From Alloascoidea hylecoeti (taxonomy: Eukaryota), in the NCBI GenBank assembly GCA_001600815.1, contig BCKZ01000003.1:248001-312000 (forward strand): 64,000 nucleotides of DNA. Reading direction: 5' to 3'. The position numbers were made by a program, and so were the translations under genes. The notes under the pieces are model-generated. The model was not told the origin of the DNA and did no database searches. It saw nothing but the letters and a program-made list of their open reading frames with translations. Shown here piece by piece: positions 1-11,325 of the stretch (position 1 is the stretch's first letter; every line of letters starts with the position of its first letter).

Positions 1-140
1 GTTTAGAACTTGACCTAGATTTTCACTAACTGCTACATTCAACAGGTTCATGAATCTGGAGCCAAAGTTAGCTTTTTCAACGAAAGGAACAACAAAAATA
101 ATGAATGTGATGATGAGTTCCTTCACACCCACAAGAAATA

Positions 141-223
141 GGAGGGTTGGCCGAGTGGTCTAAGGCGGCAGACTTAAGATCTGCTGGACGTTGTCCGCGC
201 GAGTTCGAACCTCGCATCCTTCA
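141..223 (+). tRNA. tL(UAA): tRNA-Leu(UAA), intronless, long variable arm
   Basis: GGAGGGTTGGCCGAGTGGTCTAAGGCGGCAGACTTAAGATCTG...GAGTTCGAACCTCGCATCCTTCA. It has an A box, a CTTAAGA anticodon loop, a GTTCGAAC B box and a downstream T-run. Nearly identical to the S. cerevisiae tL(UAA) sequence as I recall it. Confidence 0.97.
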
Positions 224-1143
224 TTATATTTTTGATTTTTATCACACATATGATAACTATTACAAAGAAAATATGGTCCAATAACCAAAAGGTGATAGAA
301 CTAAAAGAAAAGGAAATTTTTTCTTGATGTTAGTCATAAGGAAAGAAAAGAGCGGTAACAGTGTTTTTGGTTAGAAAATATCACAGAAAATATTATCAAC
401 AGGAGAATAGTTTATCAGAACCACAATGGTCTAAAGTGATTGAAAGGGACTCCACAAAGCTTTGCCCTAAATCACTTAGGTAAAAACGAAAATTAATTCA
501 GGAATTCAAATAAAGTAGATGACCATGTTAGATATGATCTCAGACTTAGTTTTACCGCACGAGTATTTAAACCGTTATTATATGAAATTATTCAACAAAT
601 CTTTTTATCCTCTTATAGCTTAGGTGGTATAATTTATAATAAAATAATTAAGTACAAAAAAACCCCCCTCAGCGGCTGAAGCCACGATCTACAATTTGAG
701 GATGGGGTAATTGAAGAACTGTACCGATGGAATGGGAAATATATGCTCTCTACGGTTCACTTTTGTAAAAACATTGCGTAATTAACGTTATCCACCAAAA
801 TAGAATTCGAACGTGAGCACAATTTGGTTGAATGCTCAATTCGCAACTAAATTTCAATGGTTATTATAATCTCTCCGAAGAAGATTTATAAGTATAATTA
901 TAGTCGGAAATACTTAAACTTTTGCCTTATTCTGAGTCTGTAGTTATAGTCTTAATAATTGTAACTGAGATCACTTTTGCCGTTATTGATAATATACCTG
1001 CTCAATGCTCATCTGCGTCATTTGCAAGAATCTGGCTTCTCGGAAATTTACTGATAAGAATAGGTTTCTCAAATTATAAAGCAATACATCTTTGGATATT
1101 CAGGTATATCTATAATGTGCAAATCTTCATTCAAATATTATAC

Positions 1144-1866
1144 TTAAATCCCAGTTATACCACCAACCCTATCCTCATTCCATCTAGTCATCCATTCTTT
1201 CCTCTTGTAATATTCTTTTCTTTGAGATCTGTAGTTTCTTATAAATTCATTAACTTGTGCTATATTATCACCACCATTTGAAATGTTCATGGATGATTGC
1301 ACAGGGGTAGAATATAAACTGGATTGTTCGGATCCATTACCACTACCAATTGTATTATTATTATTATTATTATTATTATCGTTACTATATGTACCATTAA
1401 GAAAAGATTGCGATAATGAATTAGTCAATATATCTAACTCCTGAATTGACCTATTCAATTTGATCTTAATAAATGATGGTGAAAATTGTGATAAAGCGTC
1501 ATACATTTCTTTTTCAACATTTCTCCACTCTATTTCTAAATTATTAGCGGAATATAGTTTTGATTCAATTAACGACCTTAACTTAGGTAGATCATCATTA
1601 ATTTTATTTGAGAATGAGTTTAGCGTTTCTAAACATAGTTCTAATCGTTGCTTTTGTTTGGTCGTAATTTCTTTTGAAGCTGATAATGTACTAACATATG
1701 ATATAAGAAGATCTCTTGAAGATATAAATGCCTGCAAATCTTGTGAAGGGACTGAAGCTAGAATAGTAGGTGCCGGCACAGAAGCAATAATTTCCGGTGT
1801 CTTAGATATTTCAGGAGTTGAAGCAGACACTGAAGGTTTTGGAGGCAATTGTGGTGGAGTTGGCAT
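1144..1866 (-). CDS. SRN2: ESCRT-I subunit Vps37/Srn2-like (Mod(r) domain)
   Basis: First true ATG at 1866 (MPTPPQLPPKP). A coiled region is followed by the C-terminal 'FIRNYRSQRKEYYKRKEWMTRW..RVG' motif typical of fungal Vps37. Confidence 0.8.
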   Translation of the reverse strand: MPTPPQLPPKPSVSASTPEISKTPEIIASVPAPTILASVPSQDLQAFISSRDLLISYVSTLSASKEITTKQKQRLELCLETLNSFSNKINDDLPKLRSLIESKLYSANNLEIEWRNVEKEMYDALSQFSPSFIKIKLNRSIQELDILTNSLSQSFLNGTYSNDNNNNNNNNTIGSGNGSEQSSLYSTPVQSSMNISNGGDNIAQVNEFIRNYRSQRKEYYKRKEWMTRWNEDRVGGITGI

Positions 1867-1927
1867 TTTGATAGATCCGAATATAAATTTATAAATTGCG
1901 ATTGATATCAACAGATTAAGGAAGTGT

Positions 1928-1961
1928 CCGGGTAATTTTACCAAGTAACTGTGTTACCCGG
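1928..1961. promoter_or_regulatory. Pair of inverted Reb1-type sites upstream of the VPS37-like gene
   Basis: CCGGGTAA (1928-1935) and TTACCCGG (1954-1961), 60-95 bp upstream of the ATG. Confidence 0.6.
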
Positions 1962-2295
1962 AGTACACAGGAATTTAGTTTGAATCGTATTCTAGTAATA
2001 TTCCCAATTTCCCAGTAAAATATCATAATCGTCTAACGCATTTATATCATGCCCAATTGATTATAAACAATTACAAACGATATATAATATGAGTTAACAT
2101 AAAGGAGAACGAACAATTATAACTAATGGGGTAGCATTTATTAATTAACTAAAATAAACGAATGATGTTAAATTTTATACTATTTAACTATGAAACGGAC
2201 CCTCATGATATAAGTACTAGCTACATATTTTTGTATGCCCTTAGTTTTAAAAAGCATTGATTGAGGCTGCAGCCTTTTTCTCAATTAACTGCTTG

Positions 2296-2850
2296 CTAAT
2301 TTTCAATAAGGATCTTTCTTTTTGGTGCCGTAGATTCCGGTGATTTAGGAAGAGTTAATTCCAGAACACCATTATTGTACTTTGCTTTAATATTCTCTTC
2401 ATCGATCTTAATATTTCTTGAAAGTTGAACAGTTCTTTCAAATTTTCCTGTTCTTCTTTCTTTAATGGTCAATTCCTTCTGTTTTTCCTCATTCAATGTT
2501 TGTGTCTCTCCACTAATTGTAAGTTGATTTGTTTTTGGATCAAAGTCAATGTTAATATCTTTTTGATCTGTTCCAGGAACTGAAGCATGAACGTCTATTT
2601 GTTTTTCAGTATCATAAACATCAATAGTAGGCGCAAATAATGTATTATCATCCCAATCAACATAGAATGGATCTCTTTTGTTAATAATTGATGTTGAGAT
2701 TTCGTTTCCATTTAAGGATTTGTTTGGAATTGTAGTAACTGATTTTCCATCTCTTGGAACACCATGCTCTTCTAAGTGTCTGTTTAAAGAGTCAACTTGA
2801 TCTGTGACTGTGTCAATAAAATCCCAGAATGGTGAGTAAACAAGTGACAT
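2296..2850 (-). CDS. Small heat shock protein, Hsp20/Hsp26 family
   Basis: Alpha-crystallin domain motifs 'PTIDVYDT..', 'ASVPG', 'ERRTGKFERTV.L' and 'AKYNNGVLELTLPK', plus a C-terminal IxI. Confidence 0.95.
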   Translation of the reverse strand: MSLVYSPFWDFIDTVTDQVDSLNRHLEEHGVPRDGKSVTTIPNKSLNGNEISTSIINKRDPFYVDWDDNTLFAPTIDVYDTEKQIDVHASVPGTDQKDINIDFDPKTNQLTISGETQTLNEEKQKELTIKERRTGKFERTVQLSRNIKIDEENIKAKYNNGVLELTLPKSPESTAPKRKILIEN

Positions 2851-3097
2851 TTCAGATGAATGTATTTCTTTAATTTGTAGATAATAAAATGTAACGACTC
2901 AAGTATTACTGTAAGCTTTAAATTAATTAAAAATGTAAGCTCGGTGACGAATATTTATTAATGGCAGTCCCAATTAAGGGCAGAAGTGACCCTTAAATAC
3001 ATTTTGATTCTCCTCTATTTTATTTAAATTCAATTACTTATTTTATTCAAAAATGAAATCATCGCACTCAAGAGATTGGCGAGCCTGTTCAAATTCG

Positions 3098-3177
3098 GAA
3101 ATTTCTGAGTTTGTGGAACTTTCTAGGTTTCAACAGCAGGAAGTCTCGGTATTTTGTTTCTCTTTAACTTTCGAGAA
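3098..3177. promoter_or_regulatory. Heat shock elements upstream of the sHSP
   Basis: GAAatTTC (3098-3105), GAActTTC (3116-3123) and TTCgaGAA (3170-3177), 250-330 bp upstream of the sHSP ATG. Confidence 0.6.
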
Positions 3178-4372
3178 AACAAAGAACAGGTAAACAAATA
3201 TTAATGGAGCAACTTTAGACGTGTCATCACTTTACTGGATACTCCGATAATACTTCTATCATGGTCATGGAGAATAAAAAGAAAAGACGGAGACGGAGTA
3301 TTATGCAATTGTGTTCAAGACGCAAATGCTTTATTTCCTAAAATGGTATCTGCTAGATAATTAATTCATACAGCTGCAGTACACTTGACTGAGGAGATTT
3401 CGACAAGCTCCAAATAGTAAATCTGATTTTTGCAATTGTAGATGTTTACGATTACGAGATAGAACAATCAATTGTTTGGAGGTCTATCCGCGAGTTTTTC
3501 TTCTAGATCTTCATCTAATTCTCAAAATAATATCTTAAATTAGCCTTGGGGTTTTAATATTAATTGCATTGTAGACAAATGATTAACGCTATTATAAGTT
3601 ATATATTTACATGTAGACTCTGTTAAAGTAATTATTTCACTCTAGCCATATATAGCCGAAAGTACAACTTTCCAATTGGAATTCCTAAACTATAAATATA
3701 TTCCCGCGGACGAAGGCCGTATTATAGATATTGATCTTGAGCCGAATCAGATCACATGAATATGAATATAATGAAAATTGGAATGTGGTGGATTTTTACA
3801 CGTTTGAGTTTTGGAATCGTTGTAATTACGTATATTTATCTTAAGCTTGGAAACATATAGATCTAGTTAAGAACTATTGCAGCCAGGTATAGAAAATTTT
3901 TGAAAACTAGTGAACTACAATGTACACAGATATAGATCTAAAGTGCTTACTTTTATTTTAAATTATTTCTAAATTTTCGATATCGCTGTCTGATATTTTC
4001 TGATTTTCATCGATAACGTTGACGTTAAAATTGATAATAAATCTGTGCTTCACAATGTTCACATATGCAATTGAAAATTTACAGCAACATAAACATGGAA
4101 ATTATTTAATTACTGAAGGTTTGCAACTCCATTTTACTCTCTACCATTTATCATCATGATCATGATCATAGTTAGCTATAGAGAAAGATGTATCTTTTTG
4201 CGGGCTGATATTGTTCAGTAAGTTGTGTTTTTTTCTCTTCATAAGAAATAATCCCTCTTTCGTTTTTCCGCACCCCAAAAAGTTATAACTCTAAAATTCC
4301 TGTTCACTCAAATACACGTATAAGGCTTATAAGAGTAATTATAATTACAAAAACTGTAAAAAAATCCTAAAA

Positions 4373-4580
4373 ATGAGAGTCAACCAGAGACGCTTCATTG
4401 AAGCCGAAAAGATCCGCATGTATAGGATGCGAAAGGATTTTGGGTACTCCGAATGCGATATTCCTGAAAAAATCAACGCGCCCTGCGCTGTCTGACTATA
4501 TTCTTCATGCTATTAAAAGGCCAAACACCCTCTATTACGAGGACCTAACCCCGTTGAAGAAAACCGTTAAACACACTTAG
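4373..4580 (+). mobile_element. Possible decayed Tc1/mariner transposase N-terminal HTH fragment
   Basis: The ATG at 4373 reads MRVNQRRFIEAEKIRMYRMRKDFGYSECDIPEKINAP, then frameshifts into 'DYILH...LTPLKK'. This resembles the G.S...IA..L....TV.YIL helix-turn-helix of Tc1-like transposases. Resemblance judged by eye only. Confidence 0.3.
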
Positions 4581-4865
4581 GTTCATAAGAAAATGAATGC
4601 ATGCACTTTACACGTTTAGATCTTGCTGAGAGGAATTAGCGGTTTGAAAATATCGCAACACAATCTCCTGTAACGGTGCTCAGATACCATGACGAAGAGT
4701 GCTTAACCTTCGAAAAATGATAGAATATTTAGTGCATCATCTTTCCGTTAATTACTAGTCAAGATGACCGAGTATTATTTAATTCAAAATGTGGACGAAT
4801 ATTTAATATAGGAGCAATAAAAAAGTATAATCAGTATTTATGTATTTTAAGTTAAATCGATAAAC

Positions 4866-4873
4866 TATGTACA
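4866..4873 (-). promoter_or_regulatory. Puf3-type element (UGUACAUA) in the TIM54 3' UTR
   Basis: Minus-strand TGTACATA ~125 nt after the TIM54 stop. Puf3 binds UGUANAUA in mRNAs of mitochondrial proteins in budding yeasts. Confidence 0.45.
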
Positions 4874-4997
4874 AATCGATCAATATAAATAATAATCATG
4901 AGAATATCGTTACCTCAGATATTATAAAAAGTCTATCATTTATTGACTTTATCAGTGTTGTTTTTCTTTCTCATTTTAATTGTTTCTTTTTTTTTTT

Positions 4998-6440
4998 TTA
5001 ATTTTCATTTACACTAGTTATAGGTTTTTCACCATCTATTCCTTCTTCAGAATAAACCCATAATTTATTAAGGATTCTTGAGTCTGTAACTAATGGTTTC
5101 ATCCATTCTGAATCTTTCTTAATACCTTCTTTCCTCCATTTTTTGGGCCAATCTAGTTCATCTGTAGCAGCAAGCTGAACATCTTCAGTAGTATTAAAAG
5201 GTCTCGTATTTCCGACGACAACTGCGGCGGCTTGTCTTCCCATTTCTTCAGCAACGTATCTTTTTGTTAAGAATCGATAAATTCTAATAGGGGTGTTGAG
5301 GAATCCTACCAAACTAGGATGTCTAAAAACAGAAACAGGTTGAAGGAATTTATAATTAGGATAATCTGTTAAAGTGTCATAATTGGAAATTTCATTTGAT
5401 GATGGAACTGGTGGTAATTCAGGTGCAAATTTAGCTGATTCATATTCATTTGGAAAAATATAAGGAGTTGGTACGGGTTTTAATTTTTTTTTCTTATTGC
5501 CATCTTCATCTAATTCATCTTTTGCTTCTTCTTCATTCTTCGTCTCTTCCTTTTTTTCCTCATTGGCATTTGTATTATCACCTTCATTCTTTGATACAAT
5601 TTCACCCAAAGATTCAACTTTTGGCTCTTCGATTGCTTTTTCTGTTTTATCTATACTTTTTTTTCCCTCATCAGTTGAAGTTTCAGATTCATCTTCTCTT
5701 ACGGGTCTTTCTAAAGGACCAAGTAATCCTTCATGTAAACCAGCTAAGTATTCTTTATAAGATCCTCTACCAATACAAATCACACCACCCCCAGGTAGTG
5801 TTCCTGTTTCTGGTTTAACCCTCGAGAAAATTACTTGATCAACTTCATCAGTGACTGGGGTTCCGAAGGGGGAAGAAATACAAGCATGTACCTCAGTAGC
5901 TTTTGAATCATTAACGCTGGGAGGTGGATTAGAACGTAATTCACGAACCTCATGAGCAACGACGGTTCTTATTTCGCCTTGCCTTTTTTCACTTCTTACT
6001 TCATAATCAACTGCACCAGCAACTAAAATAGGCTTTATGAATTTTCTAAAAAATTGATCAGCTTCTGTTAAATAATCACCCGGTGGTGGAGCCATATAAA
6101 TTGTAACTTTTCTTGCTGAAGTTAAAGGGTCAAATGGTTTTTTTGAATAATCTTCAACATAGTTCATCCATTTTTTACGGATTTGTTTTTGTTGATATTT
6201 ATCATAAGCAATAGCTGATGAAAATCCGCCAAGTAATGTCCAAAAAATCAACCAATTCCTTGAAGGTATTCGAATCTTTGGAATCCCCATCATTTTTAAA
6301 ACAGGATGTTCAAATGCTTTTCTAGCATCTTTTTTAACTTCTGTTGTAACATTTTCTATTGGTTTAGATACATCAGGATTTATCTTTGTTGTTTCTGGTT
6401 TTAAATCAGGTTTATTGGTTGAATTCGGTGGTTCTGACAT
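4998..6440 (-). CDS. TIM54: Mitochondrial inner membrane translocase TIM22 complex subunit Tim54
   Basis: Motifs 'PSRNWLIFW', 'YDKYQQKQIRKKW', 'PPPGDYL', 'IGRGSYKEYLAGLHEGLLGP' and 'EL.DWPKKW'. Confidence 0.95.
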   Translation of the reverse strand: MSEPPNSTNKPDLKPETTKINPDVSKPIENVTTEVKKDARKAFEHPVLKMMGIPKIRIPSRNWLIFWTLLGGFSSAIAYDKYQQKQIRKKWMNYVEDYSKKPFDPLTSARKVTIYMAPPPGDYLTEADQFFRKFIKPILVAGAVDYEVRSEKRQGEIRTVVAHEVRELRSNPPPSVNDSKATEVHACISSPFGTPVTDEVDQVIFSRVKPETGTLPGGGVICIGRGSYKEYLAGLHEGLLGPLERPVREDESETSTDEGKKSIDKTEKAIEEPKVESLGEIVSKNEGDNTNANEEKKEETKNEEEAKDELDEDGNKKKKLKPVPTPYIFPNEYESAKFAPELPPVPSSNEISNYDTLTDYPNYKFLQPVSVFRHPSLVGFLNTPIRIYRFLTKRYVAEEMGRQAAAVVVGNTRPFNTTEDVQLAATDELDWPKKWRKEGIKKDSEWMKPLVTDSRILNKLWVYSEEGIDGEKPITSVNEN

Positions 6441-6786
6441 TTTCCACTAATAATAGCTTTTGATGGTAAAAATGTTTATTTTTGCTTTGGTGGTAGTGTG
6501 TGTGGATGTATTAAATCTAGATCTGCCATATGGTAAAATTATTGAAGGACGACGCCAAATGCTTGTAAAATCTATAAAAAAATATACTACCCCGATTCTC
6601 CTGTGCCTAACCTAAGATGAGTGCCTTTTATTTAGGCAATAAATAAAGTCGTTGAATTTTAGACAAAATGTTTTAGTTAAGTGCACGGGTTGTTGTTCAA
6701 CTTAGAAATAGCTTTACAACAATTATGAATAAAATAATGTATTTAAAATATATATATACCGTAGATTATATTAAATAGTTATGATA

Positions 6787-8363
6787 TTACAATTCACCAG
6801 GTATAGGATATTGAGCAACCCATTCAGCAACTTCTTTACCCAATTCTTTAACTTTTTCACTTTCACCTACTTTTATTTTAAAATCAGCTATTAAAGCTTT
6901 TGGTGTTTCACCAACAGTTTGTGATTTTATTTCAATTGCTAACTTTGTAGCTCTTTCAATATAATCAGCAACTTTTTCAAATTCTTTTGATTCAAATCCA
7001 CGAGTTGTCATTGCAGGTGTACCAACTCTTAAACCAGACGGGAATAAAGCAGATTTATCACCAGGAATTGTATTTTTATTTGCTGCAATATTAATATTTT
7101 CTAAAACAAATTCTAATCTTGCTCCATCAATTTTTTTAGATTTTAAATCAATTAAAATTAAATGAGTATCAGTTCCACCAGAAACAATATCAAAACCTAA
7201 TTTTTGTAAAGAATCTGAAAAATGTTTTGCATTTTTAATAACTTTTTCTTGATATGATTTAAATTCAGGTTTTAATGCCTGACCTAAAGCAACAGATAAA
7301 GCAGAAATTGTATGATTATGTGGACCACCTTGATGTCCTGGAAAAACTGAAAAATTGATTTTTTTTTCTAAATCATATAAGATTTCTTTACCTTTTTTAG
7401 TTGTTTTCCTAACACCTTTTCTAAAAAATATCATTGCACCTCTTGGACCACGTAATGATTTATGAGTTGTTGTTGTAACAATATCAGAATAAGGAAATGG
7501 TGAATCTGTTACACCAGCAGCAACAAGGCCAGAAATATGAGCCATATCAGATAATAAATAAGCATCTATAGAATTTGCAATTTCTTTCATTTTTTTATAA
7601 TTAATTATTCTTGAATAAGCAGAAGCACCAGCAACAATGATTTTAGGCCTAAATAATAAAGCAGTTTCTTGTAATTTTTCATAATCAATTAATCCAGTTG
7701 ATTCATTTAATCTATATGGCATTGTTTGAAAATATTTTGAAACCATTGAAATTTTTGTCTTTGGAGTTTGATAACCATGACTTAAATGTCCACCATGTGG
7801 TAAATCAAGACCCATTAATCTATCACCAACTTCTAAAACTGCAGAATAGGCATATAAATTAGCAGGAGCACCAGATAATGATTGAACATTAACACCCCAT
7901 TCATTTGGATCTAAATTAAATGCTTGTAAAGCACGTTTTTGACATAGAGATTCAGCTTCATCAATAAATTGATTACCACCATAATATCTTTCACCAGGAT
8001 AACCTTCAGAATATTTATTTTGCATTTGTGATCCTAATAGGTCCATAACAGCTTGAGAAGTGAAATTTTCTGATGGAATTAATGTAATACTTGTTTTTTG
8101 ACGGGTTTTTTCACGATTGAGAATTTCATACATTTCAGGATCAACTTCCGAGACATGTTGAGAAATTAACTATTAGAAGATCATCAATTAGTATCATATA
8201 TTTATAAATTTATAAATATAGTAAGATACAAACTACAGTATTAATTAAAACATACCTTTTGTTCGTTTGCTGAAAGAGCATAAGATCTGGCAATTGAAAG
8301 AGTAGGGATAGTTCTCACTTTAATAGATCGTAAGGATCTAGAAGTTAATCTTGAAGCAAGCAT
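6787..8363 (-). CDS. SHM1: Mitochondrial serine hydroxymethyltransferase, 2 exons (8256-8363, 6787-8169)
   Basis: SHMT motifs ([35 protein letters not shown]). Exon 1 encodes a presequence-like [17 protein letters not shown]. The 86-nt intron at 8170-8255 has GTATGT / TACTAAT / TAG and restores the frame. Confidence 0.96.
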
Positions 8364-8475
8364 TTTCAGTTTTCAAAATGATTACAAAATTGTTGAGAAT
8401 AATGTTAAAAATTTATAATATTTAAACAAGAAACCTGAAAGATTGTTAAAAGTTTAAGAGGGTAACTTTTTTTAA

Positions 8476-8603
8476 GAGTCAAGTTCCACAAAATGAGAAA
8501 GTGAAGCTCATTTATAAACCAAATTAATCACCGAGTCAGATTGCGTTTATAGCAGATAACAATACGAAACTTGGATGTAAAGATTCAAATTTCACTGAGT
8601 CAT
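8476..8603. promoter_or_regulatory. Three TGACTC (Bas1/Gcn4-type) sites upstream of SHM1
   Basis: GAGTCA at 8476 and 8533, TGAGTCAT at 8596. These fit known Bas1/Gcn4 control of one-carbon metabolism genes. Confidence 0.6.
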
Positions 8604-9573
8604 GGCTATACCGAAGTATAAACTGCCAAAACTATATTAATGAATAAATAGAATGATAAATCATCGCTGATGATTAGCAATACTTTGGCACCCCTGCACA
8701 TTATAGTTCGCAGCATTATTGGCTACCATATTGAATCAAGTACCGTTTAATGAAATGAACTGGAACATATAGAAATCTACAAATCAATCATGTAAATTTC
8801 AATTATAAAATAAAATATTACTTAAGTCAATCATCAATTAAATTAAATTAAATTAAAAAAAGTCGTTCGCATTATATAAAAACAAGTATTTAATGAAGAA
8901 AAAAAAAAAAGAAAGACAAATTTTAAAGACTCTTTTTGTTTGATTTATTTTATAATTAAAATCATATAACTTGAAAAGATATGTGGTGTAGAGAATGAAA
9001 TAATAATTAATATATTTATTTATATATAATTCATGTTAAAAACAGTTTTAAATAAATGAATGAAGTTAATAGTGTCAAACCAGCTGATACTTTTAAATAA
9101 AGAAGAAAAAAAAAAAAGAAAAACAATTATTTCAATACTAGACGCTTTTTTTCCTTCTTTTTGTGAAATAGTTATAAAATTAAATATTTCAAAAAGAATG
9201 CGGTTATCAAAAGCTAACAAGTATTTTTAAATCTTTATTATATATTATCTTTATATTATCTTTCTGTATGCTCAAAAAAAAAAAAAAAAGAAAAAGAAAA
9301 AGAAAAAGAAAAAAGGAAAAAAAAAATATTAAAAAATCAAAAATAAATATATATAAAAAGAAGTGTTTTTTTATTATAATCCAGTTATTGTTAAATGTTA
9401 ATGTTAATGTTAATGATATTGTTATTGTTTTTTTGTAAGAGAAGCCCCATCATAAAGAAAAATAAAATAAAAATATGAATAAAAAAAAATTGTTAATGCT
9501 ATATTGTATAAATTGTTATTGTGTTTGTATTATTGTTATTATATTATTAGTGTTCATTTAATTTCATCATTTA

Positions 9574-11325
9574 TTATTTTTTTTTTAAAATTTTGTAAAT
9601 TTCCTTCTTTCCATTTTTAACTTCTGATTCATGTAATCGATTTAATCCAGCGATATGAGCTTTTTCACTATCAACAATTGTATGAGTATGATTTTTACAA
9701 TTTTCAAATCTTAAAATATTACCATTTTTAATATCTTGATATTCATGACATGTTTCAATTGTACGTATCCATTCATCTTCTAATAATTCATCAATTGTAA
9801 ATCGATCACATGGTGCTAATTGAAGACAACCACGTATAAGTTTCCAAGAATCTTTAGGTAATGCATCTAAAACTCGTAGTTCAGAATTTGTTTCTTTACC
9901 AAAATATTCTTCAGATGGAGATTGTGAATTACTTTGATTATTAATAGTATTATTATTGTTATTATTAATACAAGTTTTGGAATTACATGAAGATGCAGAA
10001 GTTGTTGATGATCGAGCATTTGATAGAGTTGATTTATTATCTTTTGAAAATATTTCATTATCATTATCATTCTCTGAAATTGAAATGGAATTTGATGCAT
10101 CAAAGGATTCATATGGATAATTTATCATCCCTTCAGACATTGGTTCAGTACAATATTGATCATAAATATAAACTGTATTTGATTCTTCATTTGGCTCATA
10201 ACATAATGAATCATTACAACACTGATCATAATCTGATGATTCAGGTTGAATTTGAATTTGTGGTTGATTAATTGGTACACAAGTACAAGGAAAATTAAAA
10301 CCTAAAAGTTCTTCTTGTGGAGTATTAATTATAAATTCATTTGTTGCAACTGGACCTTTAATTTTTGAATTTTTACTTCTTTTTAAAGCAGCTTTTAATG
10401 ACTCACCACCTGCGGGTCTTTCAATAAATCTTTTGAAATTATCATCAGATAAGCGCGCAGAAGACCATGGGAAACGACGAACAATCATACAAATGAAAAT
10501 TATACCTAATGACCATATATCAACAGGTCTTGGATCATAATCGATTTGCATGACTTCTTCGGGAGCTAAATATGGTTCAGAACCAACTATACCAATAGCT
10601 TTTATGATTTTATTAGAATGAGGGTAATTAAAGATTGAAGCAGCACCAAAATCGATAATTTTAACAATTCCATTTTTATTAATAACACAATTGTCAAGTT
10701 TTAAATCACGATGTGCAACACCTGTATGATGAAGATAATTTACCCCTTTTAAGATTTGTTTAAAACAACAGTAAATCTCAGGTTTTTGCATTTTAGCAGA
10801 CATGACAATGGCATATAAATCATATTCACAATACTCCAAAACTTGATAAATTTTAGGACCTTCATAACTAAGTTCGACAGTTTTGATAACATTTGGATGA
10901 CGGAGAACCGAGCCGATCGTGTATTCAGCGCCGATTTTCTTTTGGTAATCGCGAACAGATTCACATGGATCACGGGTACGGAAACTTTTAATAGCGAAGA
11001 GGTTGGAGTCTTTTAAGCTTTTGACGAGATAAACATCACCTCCCACTCCTTCACCCAACTGTTCTTCTTTTTTATATCGCTTGAAAACAGGGAGGGTTCT
11101 GCCCATTTGGTTACGCGGGGTATTGGTAGTGCGCATTAAGTTTTTGAGATCGGTTAGAGATGCGTTACCTAATTTTGAGCGGTGTTTTGAAATCAGCTTC
11201 GGCAGTTTTTCGCTCAGTTTCTGTTTTGGCACTTTCAGCTTCTGTCCAGGGGGGTCCTCGGGGACGTCTTTGGGGAGATGGCCGGGGACAGCCTGGGGCC
11301 GTGGCTGCGACAGAAAAGAGGCCAT
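9574..11325 (-). CDS. SAT4: HAL/NPR-family Ser/Thr kinase, Sat4/Hal4-like
   Basis: Kinase motifs GEGVGG, HRDLKLDN and DFG, 'EYCEYDLYAIVMS', 'CCFKQIL', 'YDPRPVDIWS', and the C-terminal 'HTIVDSEKAHIAGL' characteristic of Sat4. Confidence 0.85.
   Translation of the reverse strand: MASFLSQPRPQAVPGHLPKDVPEDPPGQKLKVPKQKLSEKLPKLISKHRSKLGNASLTDLKNLMRTTNTPRNQMGRTLPVFKRYKKEEQLGEGVGGDVYLVKSLKDSNLFAIKSFRTRDPCESVRDYQKKIGAEYTIGSVLRHPNVIKTVELSYEGPKIYQVLEYCEYDLYAIVMSAKMQKPEIYCCFKQILKGVNYLHHTGVAHRDLKLDNCVINKNGIVKIIDFGAASIFNYPHSNKIIKAIGIVGSEPYLAPEEVMQIDYDPRPVDIWSLGIIFICMIVRRFPWSSARLSDDNFKRFIERPAGGESLKAALKRSKNSKIKGPVATNEFIINTPQEELLGFNFPCTCVPINQPQIQIQPESSDYDQCCNDSLCYEPNEESNTVYIYDQYCTEPMSEGMINYPYESFDASNSISISENDNDNEIFSKDNKSTLSNARSSTTSASSCNSKTCINNNNNNTINNQSNSQSPSEEYFGKETNSELRVLDALPKDSWKLIRGCLQLAPCDRFTIDELLEDEWIRTIETCHEYQDIKNGNILRFENCKNHTHTIVDSEKAHIAGLNRLHESEVKNGKKEIYKILKKK

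Noticed and set aside
24..141. CACTAAC...CAG followed by a 31-codon frame ending at TAG 139-141 (possible terminal exon)
   Set aside because: The stop overlaps the first base of the tRNA, leaving no 3' UTR. The peptide is not recognisable and upstream context is outside the window.
9273..9330. Poly(A)/AAAAG tract downstream of the kinase
   Set aside because: Ordinary low-complexity 3' flanking sequence, with no TSD or retro-copy body.
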